Below, in pieces: positions 16,892 through 27,440 of a stretch of DNA of 53,600 nucleotides. The translations under genes and the position numbers were made by a program. The notes beneath the pieces are model-generated. The model did no database searches. It worked only from the letters and a program-made list of their open reading frames with translations, and was not told the origin of the DNA. The stretch spans positions 1-53,600 of the IMG/VR virus record IMGVR_UViG_3300047563_000009; one strand, given 5' to 3'. Source of the stretch: a virus. Lineage: Duplodnaviria > Caudoviricetes. How positions within the stretch are numbered: position 1 is the stretch's first letter; the number at the start of each line of letters is the position of its first letter.

Positions 16892-18916
16892 ATGTCAAAG
16901 ACAGACGATTTAGGTCCAGAGTTTAACGAGGCAGTTGCCAGCTATCTCGTTAAGAACTATGGCGACGTATTGAAAGTCTCCAGAGAAAGATTCTGCATCA
17001 TTTCTTTGCCATTGCTCCGTGCTTACATTGCTAATAATCCCAGCATTGTAGACTCATACGAAGAACAAATCACGGCAGAGATTGAAGGTCAGGGTTTGGA
17101 GAAGGACGCAGTATTGCGTTCGGTATTTAAAGCTCAACTGGAACGTCTTCGTTCTGGTGACAAGAAAGATTCAACTGCATATGCCGATGAGTTGAAGAAA
17201 GGTATTCAAGCAGGTGTCACTGACCGTGTTGCTGGTTCAACAATGGAAGAGCCAACTTCCGAACATGACAACACTCAGGAACTTGTTGATAAGATTTTAT
17301 ACGACCCTCATAATGTAGACCCAACGGTTATTCCGAAGAAGGTTGCAGATGAGGTTCGTAAGATTCTCATGAAGAGTTTCAAAGCTTTTGGCAAGTGGTC
17401 ATTCCACGTTCAAATGGGATTCCCATTTCAATCTCAGGATTTCCACGATGTAATATCCGATGTTGGGCAGCAAGTTGTAGATGGTAAAATCGACCGATTA
17501 ATAATCACGATACCTCCACGACATTCAAAGACCCAATTGATGAGTATTGCATTGCCACTTTATTCATTCTGCCACAATGGATCTAGTCATAACATCATTA
17601 CTTCCTATGCGGAAGACGTTGTACTAGAATCTTCTGGGTACATTCGTACTGTAATGCTTGACCCACTATTCCAGCGAATCTTTCCAAAGGTTCGTATCGA
17701 CCCAAACAAACGTTCGCTTGAGCGTTGGGGTACGACTAAAGCTGGCGTAATGCATGCCGTACCAACTGGTGGTAAGCTAACTGGTAAAGGTGCTGGCTTA
17801 TTGGTTACTAACTATTCCGGCTGCTTTGTAGTCGATGACGTTATCAAACCAAAAGATGCATATTCAGATACAGTGCGAGCTGAAATTAACGACCGTTTCG
17901 ATAACACCTTCATGTCACGTTTGGCAAATGATGGGTGCATAACAGACGCTCGTGGTAACGAAGTTAAGTGTGCTCGAACTCCAATGGTTATTATCATGCA
18001 GCGAGTTCACGACCAAGATTTGGTTGGGTACATTCTACGTGGTGGTTCTTCTGATAAATATCATTATCTGAATATTCCAGCAATTGTGGAAAAGGAAACT
18101 GGTTCTGCTGCTTGGTATGATAAGCTTATTAAGAAGCAAGCATACACTCACGCAATCCCAATCCTGTATGATTTGAAGCGTGAAGCTGAGAAGTCTGCAC
18201 TTTGGCCAGCACGTAAAAGCCTTGAATCACTTGAGGCAATGAAGGCATCTAACCCGTATACTTACAACTCACAGTATGCTGGCGACCCATCTGCTCAAGG
18301 TCATGGCCTAATTAAAGAAGATTGGTGGCAGGAATATGAGCCACAATCATTTGACAGGAAGCGTGTCGTTCGTAGTTTTATTACTGCGGATACTGCATCA
18401 ACTGTTAAAGAATATTCGGATTACTCCGTGTTAAAACATTGGGGCGTCACTCGCGAAAAGGACGTCTACTGTTTAGACATCATGCTGGGTAAGTTCGAGA
18501 TTCCAGAATTGAAAGAAGCAATTATTAAGTTCTGGAAGAAGTGCAACATATTGGATATTCGTGCTCCGGCATGTATTCCACAGGCATTGTACATGGAAGA
18601 TAAATCCGCAGGACAATTCCTGAATCAGCAGTTCATCAAGGATGGTTCAGTTCGAGTCCTACCAATGGCACGTGATGGTATTAATGGTAACGATAAAGTA
18701 ACTCGATTCCTTAACGCCGTACCATACTTTGCACAAGGGAGATTCTTCTTCCCAGCAGGTCACGAACATATTGAGCATGTGAAACGAGAAATTCTTGGAT
18801 TCACCTCTCTTGGTTCTGGTACTGGTCACGATGACTGTGTGGATAACGTATCCGATTGTGCTGTTATCGTTTACTCAGGCGCAAGCGCCAACTACGAAGC
18901 ATGGGTTGATAATTAA
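16892..18916 (+). CDS. terL: terminase large subunit
   Basis: PPRHSKT Walker A, VVDD Walker B, MQRVH coupling motif, nuclease ADTA, MEDK, HDDCVD. Confidence 0.95.
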   Translation: MSKTDDLGPEFNEAVASYLVKNYGDVLKVSRERFCIISLPLLRAYIANNPSIVDSYEEQITAEIEGQGLEKDAVLRSVFKAQLERLRSGDKKDSTAYADELKKGIQAGVTDRVAGSTMEEPTSEHDNTQELVDKILYDPHNVDPTVIPKKVADEVRKILMKSFKAFGKWSFHVQMGFPFQSQDFHDVISDVGQQVVDGKIDRLIITIPPRHSKTQLMSIALPLYSFCHNGSSHNIITSYAEDVVLESSGYIRTVMLDPLFQRIFPKVRIDPNKRSLERWGTTKAGVMHAVPTGGKLTGKGAGLLVTNYSGCFVVDDVIKPKDAYSDTVRAEINDRFDNTFMSRLANDGCITDARGNEVKCARTPMVIIMQRVHDQDLVGYILRGGSSDKYHYLNIPAIVEKETGSAAWYDKLIKKQAYTHAIPILYDLKREAEKSALWPARKSLESLEAMKASNPYTYNSQYAGDPSAQGHGLIKEDWWQEYEPQSFDRKRVVRSFITADTASTVKEYSDYSVLKHWGVTREKDVYCLDIMLGKFEIPELKEAIIKFWKKCNILDIRAPACIPQALYMEDKSAGQFLNQQFIKDGSVRVLPMARDGINGNDKVTRFLNAVPYFAQGRFFFPAGHEHIEHVKREILGFTSLGSGTGHDDCVDNVSDCAVIVYSGASANYEAWVDN

Positions 18917-18917
18917 C

Positions 18918-19130
18918 ATGGCAGTTATTACTCGCATAGATGCCCGTTCTCGCCAAAATAACTCCATCCAGATTCAAGATTTGGATGGAAATATCTTGTG
19001 TACGATTGAGGCAGTTTCAAATCTGGAGTCTACTTCTGACAAAGCACGTCATGAAGCGAATCTCCGACTCCACGCCTCTAGCAATGTACAAATTGTTAAA
19101 GGTAATGGTGTTGTATTAAGGAAGAAATAA
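18918..19130 (+). CDS. hypothetical protein
   Basis: ATG18918 just after terL; TAATG coupling to portal. Confidence 0.7.
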   Translation: MAVITRIDARSRQNNSIQIQDLDGNILCTIEAVSNLESTSDKARHEANLRLHASSNVQIVKGNGVVLRKK

Positions 19131-20470
19131 TGGCTTCCCATGATGCACATGTAAATAAGCGAACTGGTTTTCAAAAAACCAAGTTAGCAGATGGTCTTGA
19201 GAACTTTGTATCTGGCCTTGGCGGTATGAGCGATAAGTCGTCTCACAATATTTGGACATTCGCAAATAAGAATGCCAACTACCGCGAGCTTATGAACCGA
19301 TTCCGTGAGGATTGGGTTTCACAAAAAGTTTGTCAGGTTGTTCCTCAAGATATGACGCGTAAATGGCGGCACATTGATACAGAAGAAGGACGGGTTGCAG
19401 ATAAGAAGCTGAGGCTTCGCAAACTGTTCCGGGAGGCTTATCAATGGGCAAGGTTGTATGGAACTTCATTTGTATTACTGGACATTAAAGGTTCAGGCAA
19501 ATTAAACACCCCACTCAATCTTGACAACTTGAAGACTGGATGTATTAGGTCCATGAGAGTTGTTGACCGTTCACGCATGTGGGCCGCTGGTTCAATAGTA
19601 TTGGATGCTCTGAGTCCTCACTATGGCTTGCCTGAGTATTACACTCTTTCAGGTTATTCTGGGATGATTCACCATTCCCGTTTTGTGCGTTTCGAAGGAA
19701 CCGAACTTCCATTGTTCGAATTCCAACGTAACATGTGGTATTCAGATTCAGTGCTCATACCGCTGATGAAAACCATAGACCAGTTCTACACGACTGCCGC
19801 CGCTGCCGCAAACTTGGCGCAGGAAGCAACCATTGATGTAGTTTCTGTTGCAGGCTTCCAATCCTTACTGACAAGTCCAGAAGGTGAAGCTGCTGTCCTC
19901 AGACGTTTCAAACTCATGAAACAAGCTAAGAGCATTTATAACGTTCTTATCCTTGATGACACTGAAAAATATGACACCAAGTCCATCGCCTTATCGGGCG
20001 TGAAAGATTTGATTTGGGAATATCTCAAAATTGTAGCTGCTGCTGTTGGTATTCCAGCAACACGTTTCCTTTCTGCATCACCTGACGGTATGAATGCTAC
20101 GGGCGAATCTGACCTAGTAAACTATATCGACTTGCTGACAGGCTTGCAAACCGCAATCTTTGAACCTCGTTTAGATGTGTTCGATAAAATTGCACAAGCG
20201 CACTTTGGTATTGCGGAGTACACCTATGAATGGTGTGACATATTCCCAGAATCAAATGTTGAGAAAGCAAAACGCGCTGTTGATATTGCCACTGCCCTTG
20301 ATTTATTAATTGCAAATGGCACCATCACAAAAGAAGCTGCAAATTGCATTGTTGCCCATTCCAAAATCTTCGGGGAGTGCGACATTGGCAAAGCTAATCC
20401 CAATCCACCAAACATGCAAAAGGCAAACACTAGTGATGCAAAAACATCCAGTGCCAGTAAACCTAAATGA
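19130..20470 (+). CDS. portal protein (DUF1073-type)
   Basis: ARLYG, GIPATRF...SPDGMNATGESD...NY; position after terL. Confidence 0.88.
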   Translation: MASHDAHVNKRTGFQKTKLADGLENFVSGLGGMSDKSSHNIWTFANKNANYRELMNRFREDWVSQKVCQVVPQDMTRKWRHIDTEEGRVADKKLRLRKLFREAYQWARLYGTSFVLLDIKGSGKLNTPLNLDNLKTGCIRSMRVVDRSRMWAAGSIVLDALSPHYGLPEYYTLSGYSGMIHHSRFVRFEGTELPLFEFQRNMWYSDSVLIPLMKTIDQFYTTAAAAANLAQEATIDVVSVAGFQSLLTSPEGEAAVLRRFKLMKQAKSIYNVLILDDTEKYDTKSIALSGVKDLIWEYLKIVAAAVGIPATRFLSASPDGMNATGESDLVNYIDLLTGLQTAIFEPRLDVFDKIAQAHFGIAEYTYEWCDIFPESNVEKAKRAVDIATALDLLIANGTITKEAANCIVAHSKIFGECDIGKANPNPPNMQKANTSDAKTSSASKPK

Positions 20471-21509
20471 TGAGGAAACTGTTGAATCTGTCGTGATGTT
20501 TGCTGACCGACAAACGATTCAATCAGCCCGCGTCTTACGTGATTCTGGCGAAATGATTGCACCTGTTACGATTGCTCGTGCAGGTGATATGCTTTATAAA
20601 GCAAAAGAACTTGGCAAAGATTTTGCAGACTTGCCACCAGACCAAGTTGTTCGTGTAACAACTCCGGCAGAAGTTCTGTTCGACGAGGCAACCATTGAGT
20701 TGTGCCGTTCTATGCCTGTAACTGTTGGTCATCCAAAAGACGATGTGTCTCTTGCCAACAACAAGTTGCTACAGAAAGGCTTCTTGGAAGGTCTTCCTTC
20801 TCCAGATGGCTCACACTTGAGCGGCTATGTCGTACTCAACGACGCAGACACTATTAAATTAGTTGATTCTGGTGTTGACCAGACTTCATGGGGCCATGAT
20901 GCAGTATTGGAACGTGTAGAAGAAAATGGTGTTGTGTCTGCTGTTAAGACCAAAATCACTTCTGTAAACCATCTGGCTATTGTTCGTCGTGGTCGTGCAC
21001 AGTCTACTCGTATCGGTGACTCCGGTGAAGAAATTGATATTGTGGATAAATCCGCATTTGATGTTGTGGAAGCAGAGCGTGATGACGCTATTGCTAAAGT
21101 TGCAACATTAACTCAGAAGCTGGCTGATGCAGAAACTGCTAAGCTGTCTGATGAAGCAATCCAAACTCTGGTCGAAGAACGTGTAGAAGCACGCACTGAA
21201 CTTCTGATTGAAGTTGCCAAGCTTGGTGATGAATTTGCATCAATGGATTTCAAAGGTAAATCCGAATCCGAAATCAAACGTGCAGTTGTTACTAAACTTC
21301 ATGACAAAGATTTCGCAGATAAGAGTGACGATTATATCTCTTCTCGTTTCGACTCTGCACTCGAAGATTGCGACTCAGTTTCTCTGAGTGACGCTCTCTC
21401 AGTCTCTGTACTGGATGCTGCCAATAAAGCTGCCAAAGGTCAAGAGAAAGAACCAAACGCGCGTGACGCAGCTTATGCCCGTCGCCAAGAACGTTTTAAT
21501 AAATCCTAA
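20436..21509 (+). CDS. head maturation protease / scaffold (DUF2213-type)
   Basis: PVTVGHP, NHLAIVRRGRA, acidic coiled-coil C-terminus; start placed at ATG20436. Confidence 0.82.
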   Translation: MQKHPVPVNLNDEETVESVVMFADRQTIQSARVLRDSGEMIAPVTIARAGDMLYKAKELGKDFADLPPDQVVRVTTPAEVLFDEATIELCRSMPVTVGHPKDDVSLANNKLLQKGFLEGLPSPDGSHLSGYVVLNDADTIKLVDSGVDQTSWGHDAVLERVEENGVVSAVKTKITSVNHLAIVRRGRAQSTRIGDSGEEIDIVDKSAFDVVEAERDDAIAKVATLTQKLADAETAKLSDEAIQTLVEERVEARTELLIEVAKLGDEFASMDFKGKSESEIKRAVVTKLHDKDFADKSDDYISSRFDSALEDCDSVSLSDALSVSVLDAANKAAKGQEKEPNARDAAYARRQERFNKS

Positions 21510-21521
21510 AGGTTTCGGATA

Positions 21522-21995
21522 ATGCCAAAACAAGATTTTACGATTAACACTGGCAATGCATATGCTGGTGAACAATATGGTTTAGCAACCACTAACTCCC
21601 AGCGCCTAACTTACAGCACTGACGCAGCAATGACTGAATATGGTTTAGCTGTTCAGCAGGGTGTTGCGTACAACACAATCAAAGTTGGTCATGACTCAGG
21701 TCAAGTACTTGGCGTTACTATGCGTCAGAACAACCTTGAAGCTGCAAACCGTCCGAGTGATGGTACTATTGGCATTCCTAAAGGTTGGCCTCTGGGTGTT
21801 ATGCTGGAAGGCCCAATCATGGTTAAGCTGGCAACTGCAATTACTGATGCAAACGTTGGTGTCTCTACCACTGGTCACTTTGGTGGCGTGGCTGCTGATT
21901 ATACCAAAGCAACTAACGTTGTTGCACTGAAATTCCCAGCTTCTGCTGGTGATGTTATTCCAGTAATGATTAACGTCGTATCCCCAAAGTCGTAA
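21522..21995 (+). CDS. capsid decoration / cement protein
   Basis: Position before MCP; beta-rich 157 aa; ends at slippery C CCA AAG. Confidence 0.7.
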   Translation: MPKQDFTINTGNAYAGEQYGLATTNSQRLTYSTDAAMTEYGLAVQQGVAYNTIKVGHDSGQVLGVTMRQNNLEAANRPSDGTIGIPKGWPLGVMLEGPIMVKLATAITDANVGVSTTGHFGGVAADYTKATNVVALKFPASAGDVIPVMINVVSPKS

Positions 21996-22285
21996 CCCCG
22001 CCTCCTGCACTAGTATTTACTACAGACTTGCCAACAACCAAGACTGTGGCAACTGGTGCATCACTTGATTTGGCAGTAGTTGCAACTGGTGGTGTGGGAA
22101 CTCTTTCATATGTTTGGAAGAAGAACGGCACTGTAATCTCCGGTAAAACTACTGCATCAATCAACGTGACAGCTACGGCTGCTGCGGGGGATGCTGCAAC
22201 ATACACTTGCGAAGTTTCTGACTCCGCCACTCCGACGCCTACCAAGATTACTTCTAAATCTTGCGTCGTGACCGTATCGCCTTAA
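21989..22285 (+). CDS. Ig-like domain, likely appended to the decoration protein by -1 frameshift
   Basis: LSYVWKKNG...GDAATYTCEVSD Ig motif; open in the -1 frame from heptamer 21983-21989; no ATG of its own. Confidence 0.75.
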   Translation, partial: VVTPPPALVFTTDLPTTKTVATGASLDLAVVATGGVGTLSYVWKKNGTVISGKTTASINVTATAAAGDAATYTCEVSDSATPTPTKITSKSCVVTVSP

Positions 22286-22297
22286 TGGAATAAATAA

Positions 22298-23311
22298 ATG
22301 TCAAAGATTATCAAATTGGCTGATGGAACTGACTTCGAACTTGACGTAGCTCTGGTTCGTATTCAGGATTCCGGTTCAGTAACACTGACCGACGACGATG
22401 CTGTATTCTTCCAGCGTCAACTTGAGTATATTGAAGCTCAAACGTATGACAATCTGTATCCAGAACTGGAAGCACGTGAAGCTTTCGGTGTAGATACAAG
22501 TGGTGGCCCAGGTGTTAACACTCTTACCTACCGTTCATATAACCATGTGGGCGCTGCACAGGTCATTAACGCACGTGCAACTGACCTGCCTAAATCCAAC
22601 ATTTCCGGTAAAGAATATTCTGTAACCGTTAAGTCTGTTGGTACTGCTTACGACTACGATGTAAGTGAAGTTGCTGCTGCTGCAATGGTTACTGGTATGT
22701 CGCTGGAAACTCGTAAAGCCAATGCTGCAATTCGTGGTTACGAACAGTATGTAAACTCTGCTGCATGGTATGGCGATGCTGCTAACGGCTTCGTGGGCTT
22801 CTTCGAAAACCCAGATATTACCAAAGCAGACGTTGCACCAACTCAAGGTGGCACCGATACCGAGTGGGTTAAGAAGAAACCTTCCGAAGTTATTGCAGAC
22901 TTGACCACTGCGGTTTCTGCAATGTATGCCACCACTCTGAAAATCATGCGCCCAGAGGAAATCTGGATGCCTGTTGAGCACGAGCAGTATATCTTTAACA
23001 CTCCACGTTCTGACCAGTCTGACATGTCAATCGGGAATTGGTTCCTGGCTAATAACCAGTTCATCAAATCTCGTGATAAGATTAAAGGTCTGAATGCTGT
23101 TAAAGGTCACGGTAAAGCTGGTGCTGATTGCTTCATCGTAATCTGCCGTACTGCACAGGGCAACAAGACTTTCCGTCTGCGTGAACCAATGGCTCTGACT
23201 TGGATGCCAGTTCAGTTACATGGTCTGATTTATGAAATCCCAGGCTATGGCCGTTTCGCTGGTTTCCAGACTATGTACCCAGCAGCAATTTCCATTAACT
23301 CCGGTATCTAA
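22298..23311 (+). CDS. major capsid protein (DUF2184-type)
   Basis: FFQRQLEYIE...YPEL, WYGD...GFFENP; 337 aa; strong codon bias; downstream terminator. Confidence 0.88.
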   Translation: MSKIIKLADGTDFELDVALVRIQDSGSVTLTDDDAVFFQRQLEYIEAQTYDNLYPELEAREAFGVDTSGGPGVNTLTYRSYNHVGAAQVINARATDLPKSNISGKEYSVTVKSVGTAYDYDVSEVAAAAMVTGMSLETRKANAAIRGYEQYVNSAAWYGDAANGFVGFFENPDITKADVAPTQGGTDTEWVKKKPSEVIADLTTAVSAMYATTLKIMRPEEIWMPVEHEQYIFNTPRSDQSDMSIGNWFLANNQFIKSRDKIKGLNAVKGHGKAGADCFIVICRTAQGNKTFRLREPMALTWMPVQLHGLIYEIPGYGRFAGFQTMYPAAISINSGI

Positions 23312-23319
23312 TGGAATTC

Positions 23320-23345
23320 GGGCTGGAGTAATCTGGCCCTACTTT
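23320..23345 (+). terminator. terminator after MCP
   Basis: GGGCTGGA-GTAA-TCTGGCCC then TACTTT. Confidence 0.6.
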
Positions 23346-23361
23346 AATTTAAGAGAAAACG

Positions 23362-23802
23362 ATGCAGCTCAAGAACAACCAAACACGTAATGCGCAGTTC
23401 TACTTTTGGAAAGAAGGTAAGAACAAGAAAGTAACTCTGGAATATGTTAACATTCCCGGTGGCGCTACTGTTGAAATTGATGACCAAGTGTTTAAAGCAC
23501 TGACCGCATCACGTACAGAAGTTCGTGTAATGAAAGAGGTGGAAACCAAACTTGATGAAGCGTCTATTGGTGCTGATGTTAAGACTGGTAAAGATACCTT
23601 AATCGTGAAGGACTACTACGAAACTGGTGAAACTCGCTCAATCAACCTGCTCCAAGAAGCCATTCGTTTGGGTGAATTCACTGTTGTTGAACGCGCCAAA
23701 GTTGGTATGGATGTAATTGATGAGGCTCTCACTGCTCGCGGTGTTCCTATCAAAGACATGACCGAAGACGCGAAACTCGCACTTTACGACCAGTTGGCAT
23801 AA
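23362..23802 (+). CDS. virion-associated hypothetical protein
   Basis: 146 aa ORF between MCP and adaptor. Confidence 0.75.
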   Translation: MQLKNNQTRNAQFYFWKEGKNKKVTLEYVNIPGGATVEIDDQVFKALTASRTEVRVMKEVETKLDEASIGADVKTGKDTLIVKDYYETGETRSINLLQEAIRLGEFTVVERAKVGMDVIDEALTARGVPIKDMTEDAKLALYDQLA

Positions 23803-24176
23803 TGATTACACTAACCGATTTGGTGAAGCGTTATCCAGCAATGGCAACAATGACTCAAGACAGTTTTGATATCCACTTGAGTGATGCCACGTTAATGATG
23901 GGTTCTGATGAATCACGTTGGTTAGGTTGGTATAATCCAGCTCAAGCGGCATTGATTGCACACTTTTCGGTATTAACAGACGACCTGTTACCGGGTGATG
24001 CACCAATGCCAGCTTTACCTGTATCCCGTACAGATGTTGACGACGTGCAGGTAGAGTTTAGCGACCGAATGATTTCTGAAATTCCCTACATTGAAGCCTC
24101 TTGGTATTCTTCTGTCTACGGGCAGCAATATGTCTTGTGGCGTCGAATGGCCTTTGCTGGTCCGAGGGTTGCATAA
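23802..24176 (+). CDS. head-tail adaptor (DUF4054-type)
   Basis: RYP...LIAH...SSVYGQQY pattern; synteny. Confidence 0.72.
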   Translation: MITLTDLVKRYPAMATMTQDSFDIHLSDATLMMGSDESRWLGWYNPAQAALIAHFSVLTDDLLPGDAPMPALPVSRTDVDDVQVEFSDRMISEIPYIEASWYSSVYGQQYVLWRRMAFAGPRVA

Positions 24177-24538
24177 TGATAAATCAGCGTCGTGCTTTTA
24201 ATCGTTATACAACTGCAAGTCATACTATTCAAGTTTACATTCCTGGATACTTTGACAATAAAAATAATTGGGTTGGGGAAACTTATTCCCCTCCAAAACG
24301 TTTTCGTTGTACTCCAATAGCGTATGGCGACCGTGACTCTGGTGTTGCAGGTCAAACACTTAAAGCCACAGAAATTGGTGAACGTCAACCTGCATTTATG
24401 CAGATTCATTCAACCACTGAAATGCCGATGAAATCTCTACTCAATATATACGGATTGCGATATAAAGTCGTATCTGTTTCCGATTACACGGATGCTGGAT
24501 TCTACAAGGTTGTGGCGGCAAAAGAGTTGGAGAAATAA
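24176..24538 (+). CDS. head closure protein
   Basis: TAATG coupling; G.RYKVV motif; synteny. Confidence 0.62.
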   Translation: MINQRRAFNRYTTASHTIQVYIPGYFDNKNNWVGETYSPPKRFRCTPIAYGDRDSGVAGQTLKATEIGERQPAFMQIHSTTEMPMKSLLNIYGLRYKVVSVSDYTDAGFYKVVAAKELEK

Positions 24539-25053
24539 TGGATATTAGGCAAGAAGAAATTCAAGCAATGAAGGAAATTGTTGACGTATGCGTCGGCATT
24601 CCTTTGTTCACATATGAAATGCAGATTAACGCACCTCGTCCAACTGGAGAGTATGCTGCAATCAAATGTATTTCATCTTTGAATCCAGGATATGATGAAT
24701 CAAAAGTTATCGAAGTTGGTGGTGTTGAAAAATTTCGCACCCGTGGCATTCGTGTTTTAACTTTCATGATTCTGTTTTCGCGAGAAGGTGATGAGTTTAT
24801 TAGATTTGATAACTCATTCTACCGTCCTGATGTACACACCATAATGCGGTCTAAAGGTTTTGCTGCATTGGGTAAAACGACTTTGGATTTATCCTCAATA
24901 ACTTTAGAAACGAATTGGGAATTCCGTCAGGGAATAAAAATGCAATTCAATATTATTCGTGAGTCAGTATCAGATATTGGTATCATGGATAATGCAAGTG
25001 TTGGTGGTAAGTTTATCGATGGCGACCAAGTCATCACTATTAAGGGAATCTAA
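24538..25053 (+). CDS. tail completion / neck protein
   Basis: APRP..EY pattern; directly upstream of sheath. Confidence 0.62.
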   Translation: MDIRQEEIQAMKEIVDVCVGIPLFTYEMQINAPRPTGEYAAIKCISSLNPGYDESKVIEVGGVEKFRTRGIRVLTFMILFSREGDEFIRFDNSFYRPDVHTIMRSKGFAALGKTTLDLSSITLETNWEFRQGIKMQFNIIRESVSDIGIMDNASVGGKFIDGDQVITIKGI

Positions 25054-26502
25054 ATGTCAATTTCCATTTCCGATATCATTAAGGTTAGCATTGCCGTTGC
25101 TCCTAACGCTGTTGCTACCGATGGATTCGGTCCTCTGCTCTTTATGAGCAAAGAGTTTGTTCCAACTGTTGATGTATATCCAGTTCGTTCGTACTCAAGT
25201 CTGAAAGAAGTTTTGGCAGATTTCCCTACTGGTGAAATTGCTGCTGCTGCAACCGCTTGGTACAGCCAGAAGCCAACTCCTAAGACTTTCCTCATTGGTG
25301 CAATCACTCATGAGACTGCTACTCCAGCAACCTCCGGCACTCTGACAGCAACTGCCAACGCAGTCCTTGCTGATGTTAAAGCCAAAGTTGATGCAGTACT
25401 CACTGTTGATGTTAATGGCGTGTCCAAATCTACTGCTGCAATGGACTTCTCAGGTGCTATTGACCTTGATGCTGTTGTAACTATTATTGCATCTGCGCTA
25501 TCTGCTGAAAACATTGCCCTGACTGTAACTCAGACTTCTGGCAAGTTTAAGCTGGCAACTGTTTCCACTGGTGCAAATGCAACTGTGAACAATGCAACTG
25601 GCGATGCTGCAACTGTTCTGAAACTGGACGCTGCAAGCAACCCTGATGCATTTGCTGGTGCTCCTGAGCTATCTATTGCTGGCGACCTTGCTGCAATTGC
25701 AAACACTCCATTCAACTTCTTCTATGTTGGCCTCGACCGTAAGTATCGTGCCGACTCTGCCACAGCAGATAACCAAATGTCTGTTGCTAAGTGGTGTGAA
25801 GGTATGGGCAAAGTGTTTGGCTGGGGTGACTCAGACGCTAACATTCTGATTAGCGGCAAGACTACAAGTTTCTCTCGCGCTAAAGCTCAGAACTTGCGTA
25901 ACACTATCTGCGTATTTGATGCATCTGAAAATGGCAACGAGTATCCAGAAGTTTCTATTCTTGGTCGTGCTGCAACTGTCAACTTCAACGTTGCCAACTC
26001 TGCACTAATTCTGGCATACAAACAAGGCCCAGGCGTTTCTGTTGCTGACCTGTCCTCTGGTCAAGTTACTGCACTGACTGCCGTGAATGGTAACGCATTC
26101 ATTTCCGTTGATGGGAACGTCATGTTCTGGAACGGTAAAATGGCTGATGGTACTTGGTTCGATACTGTACAAGGTGTTGAATGGCTGTCGCAGAAGATTC
26201 GTAACAACGTCTTCAACCTGTTCTACCAGTCTACTACCAAGATTCCTTGGACTGAAACTGGTGTTGCTCTGGTTAACCAGCAGGTGACTCTGGCTCTGGA
26301 ATTGGCTCGTACTAACGGATTAATTGCACCGGGCTATGATAACGAAGGCACTTTCTATCCTGACGGATATAAAGTAATTTCAACGGACTTGTCTCTGTTG
26401 CAGTCTCAGAAAGGTGAGCGTATTTGGGAAGGTACTTCCTTTATCGCAATCGGCTCTGGTGCTCTGCAAGGTGCTGAGATTTCCGGCAACTTCGTTCAGT
26501 AA
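25054..26502 (+). CDS. contractile tail sheath (DUF3383-type)
   Basis: ISDIIKVSI...GFG, FDTVQGVEWL, KIPWTETG motifs. Confidence 0.88.
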   Translation: MSISISDIIKVSIAVAPNAVATDGFGPLLFMSKEFVPTVDVYPVRSYSSLKEVLADFPTGEIAAAATAWYSQKPTPKTFLIGAITHETATPATSGTLTATANAVLADVKAKVDAVLTVDVNGVSKSTAAMDFSGAIDLDAVVTIIASALSAENIALTVTQTSGKFKLATVSTGANATVNNATGDAATVLKLDAASNPDAFAGAPELSIAGDLAAIANTPFNFFYVGLDRKYRADSATADNQMSVAKWCEGMGKVFGWGDSDANILISGKTTSFSRAKAQNLRNTICVFDASENGNEYPEVSILGRAATVNFNVANSALILAYKQGPGVSVADLSSGQVTALTAVNGNAFISVDGNVMFWNGKMADGTWFDTVQGVEWLSQKIRNNVFNLFYQSTTKIPWTETGVALVNQQVTLALELARTNGLIAPGYDNEGTFYPDGYKVISTDLSLLQSQKGERIWEGTSFIAIGSGALQGAEISGNFVQ

Positions 26503-26513
26503 GGGTGAGCTAA

Positions 26514-26969
26514 GTGAAGCAATATTCGTTTTATAATACCGACCTCATTATTGATGGTGCACGTGTAGAAGGGTTTACGGCTGGTAACGCTATCATTACT
26601 GCAAACCGTAATGTCCCACAGCACCTGCCTGTCATGGATGCATACGGTAAGTTGGCAGTGGCTACCACTGCTGACCAATCTGGTTCAGTTACGTTCCCAC
26701 TGCTGCAAACGGCAGACTGGAACGATATCCTATATTCCAAAGCGCAACTCACTCAAGCAACTGGTCTGTCTGGTAATAAGTCCTTGTGGCAACCAATTCA
26801 GCTACAGATTGTGGACAAGATGGGTGACGTTCTGGTAACAGGTGTCAACGGCTGTATCCTGAAACAGCCTGCAATTCAGCGTGGAGTTTCCTTCACGTCT
26901 AACCTGTGGGCAATTTATGTAGAACGCTTAATTATCCAGACGGGTTCTTACCCGGATATCGGCGTTTAA
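26514..26969 (+). CDS. tail tube protein
   Basis: YSF...IDG..VEGF; follows sheath; GTG start. Confidence 0.8.
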   Translation: MKQYSFYNTDLIIDGARVEGFTAGNAIITANRNVPQHLPVMDAYGKLAVATTADQSGSVTFPLLQTADWNDILYSKAQLTQATGLSGNKSLWQPIQLQIVDKMGDVLVTGVNGCILKQPAIQRGVSFTSNLWAIYVERLIIQTGSYPDIGV

Positions 26970-26981
26970 TTGGAGTAGCAA

Positions 26982-27440
26982 ATGGCTTGTGAACTGATTC
27001 AACGTGAGTTCACAAACTCCAAAGGTGAGCCAGTGTTAGTAGGTGTTAGACAATTGTCTGCATCGAAAGCACTGGACTTACATGTGGAGTTGGTCGGAAA
27101 GCTTGGCACGAGGATTTTCCCTTTCATTGAGAATACGTATTCGTTCGGTGATATTATTTTCCTCATGCAGCAACAAGAGCATCCGGTATTCACGAAATTA
27201 TTTAAAGATGTTTTAAGTTGTAATGTCACCAAAGATGGTCAGGAAGTTAAACCAACTTTATTTGACATGCAATTCAATGGCGAGCTAATGCTGGCATGCC
27301 ATATCTTTGCGTTTGTTCTCGAAGCAAACTTCTTGGCTTTTTTCAAGCAAGGGCTCGAAATCAACGAACAGAGACGGTTGGAGGCGGAGGAAGCATCCAA
27401 GCTGGAACAGCAGAAGAATTCGAGTCCGGAGAAGACCTAA
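26982..27440 (+). CDS. tail assembly chaperone (G-like)
   Basis: Between tube and tape measure; EANF..FF motif with slippery T TTT TTC at 27338-27344. Confidence 0.75.
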   Translation: MACELIQREFTNSKGEPVLVGVRQLSASKALDLHVELVGKLGTRIFPFIENTYSFGDIIFLMQQQEHPVFTKLFKDVLSCNVTKDGQEVKPTLFDMQFNGELMLACHIFAFVLEANFLAFFKQGLEINEQRRLEAEEASKLEQQKNSSPEKT

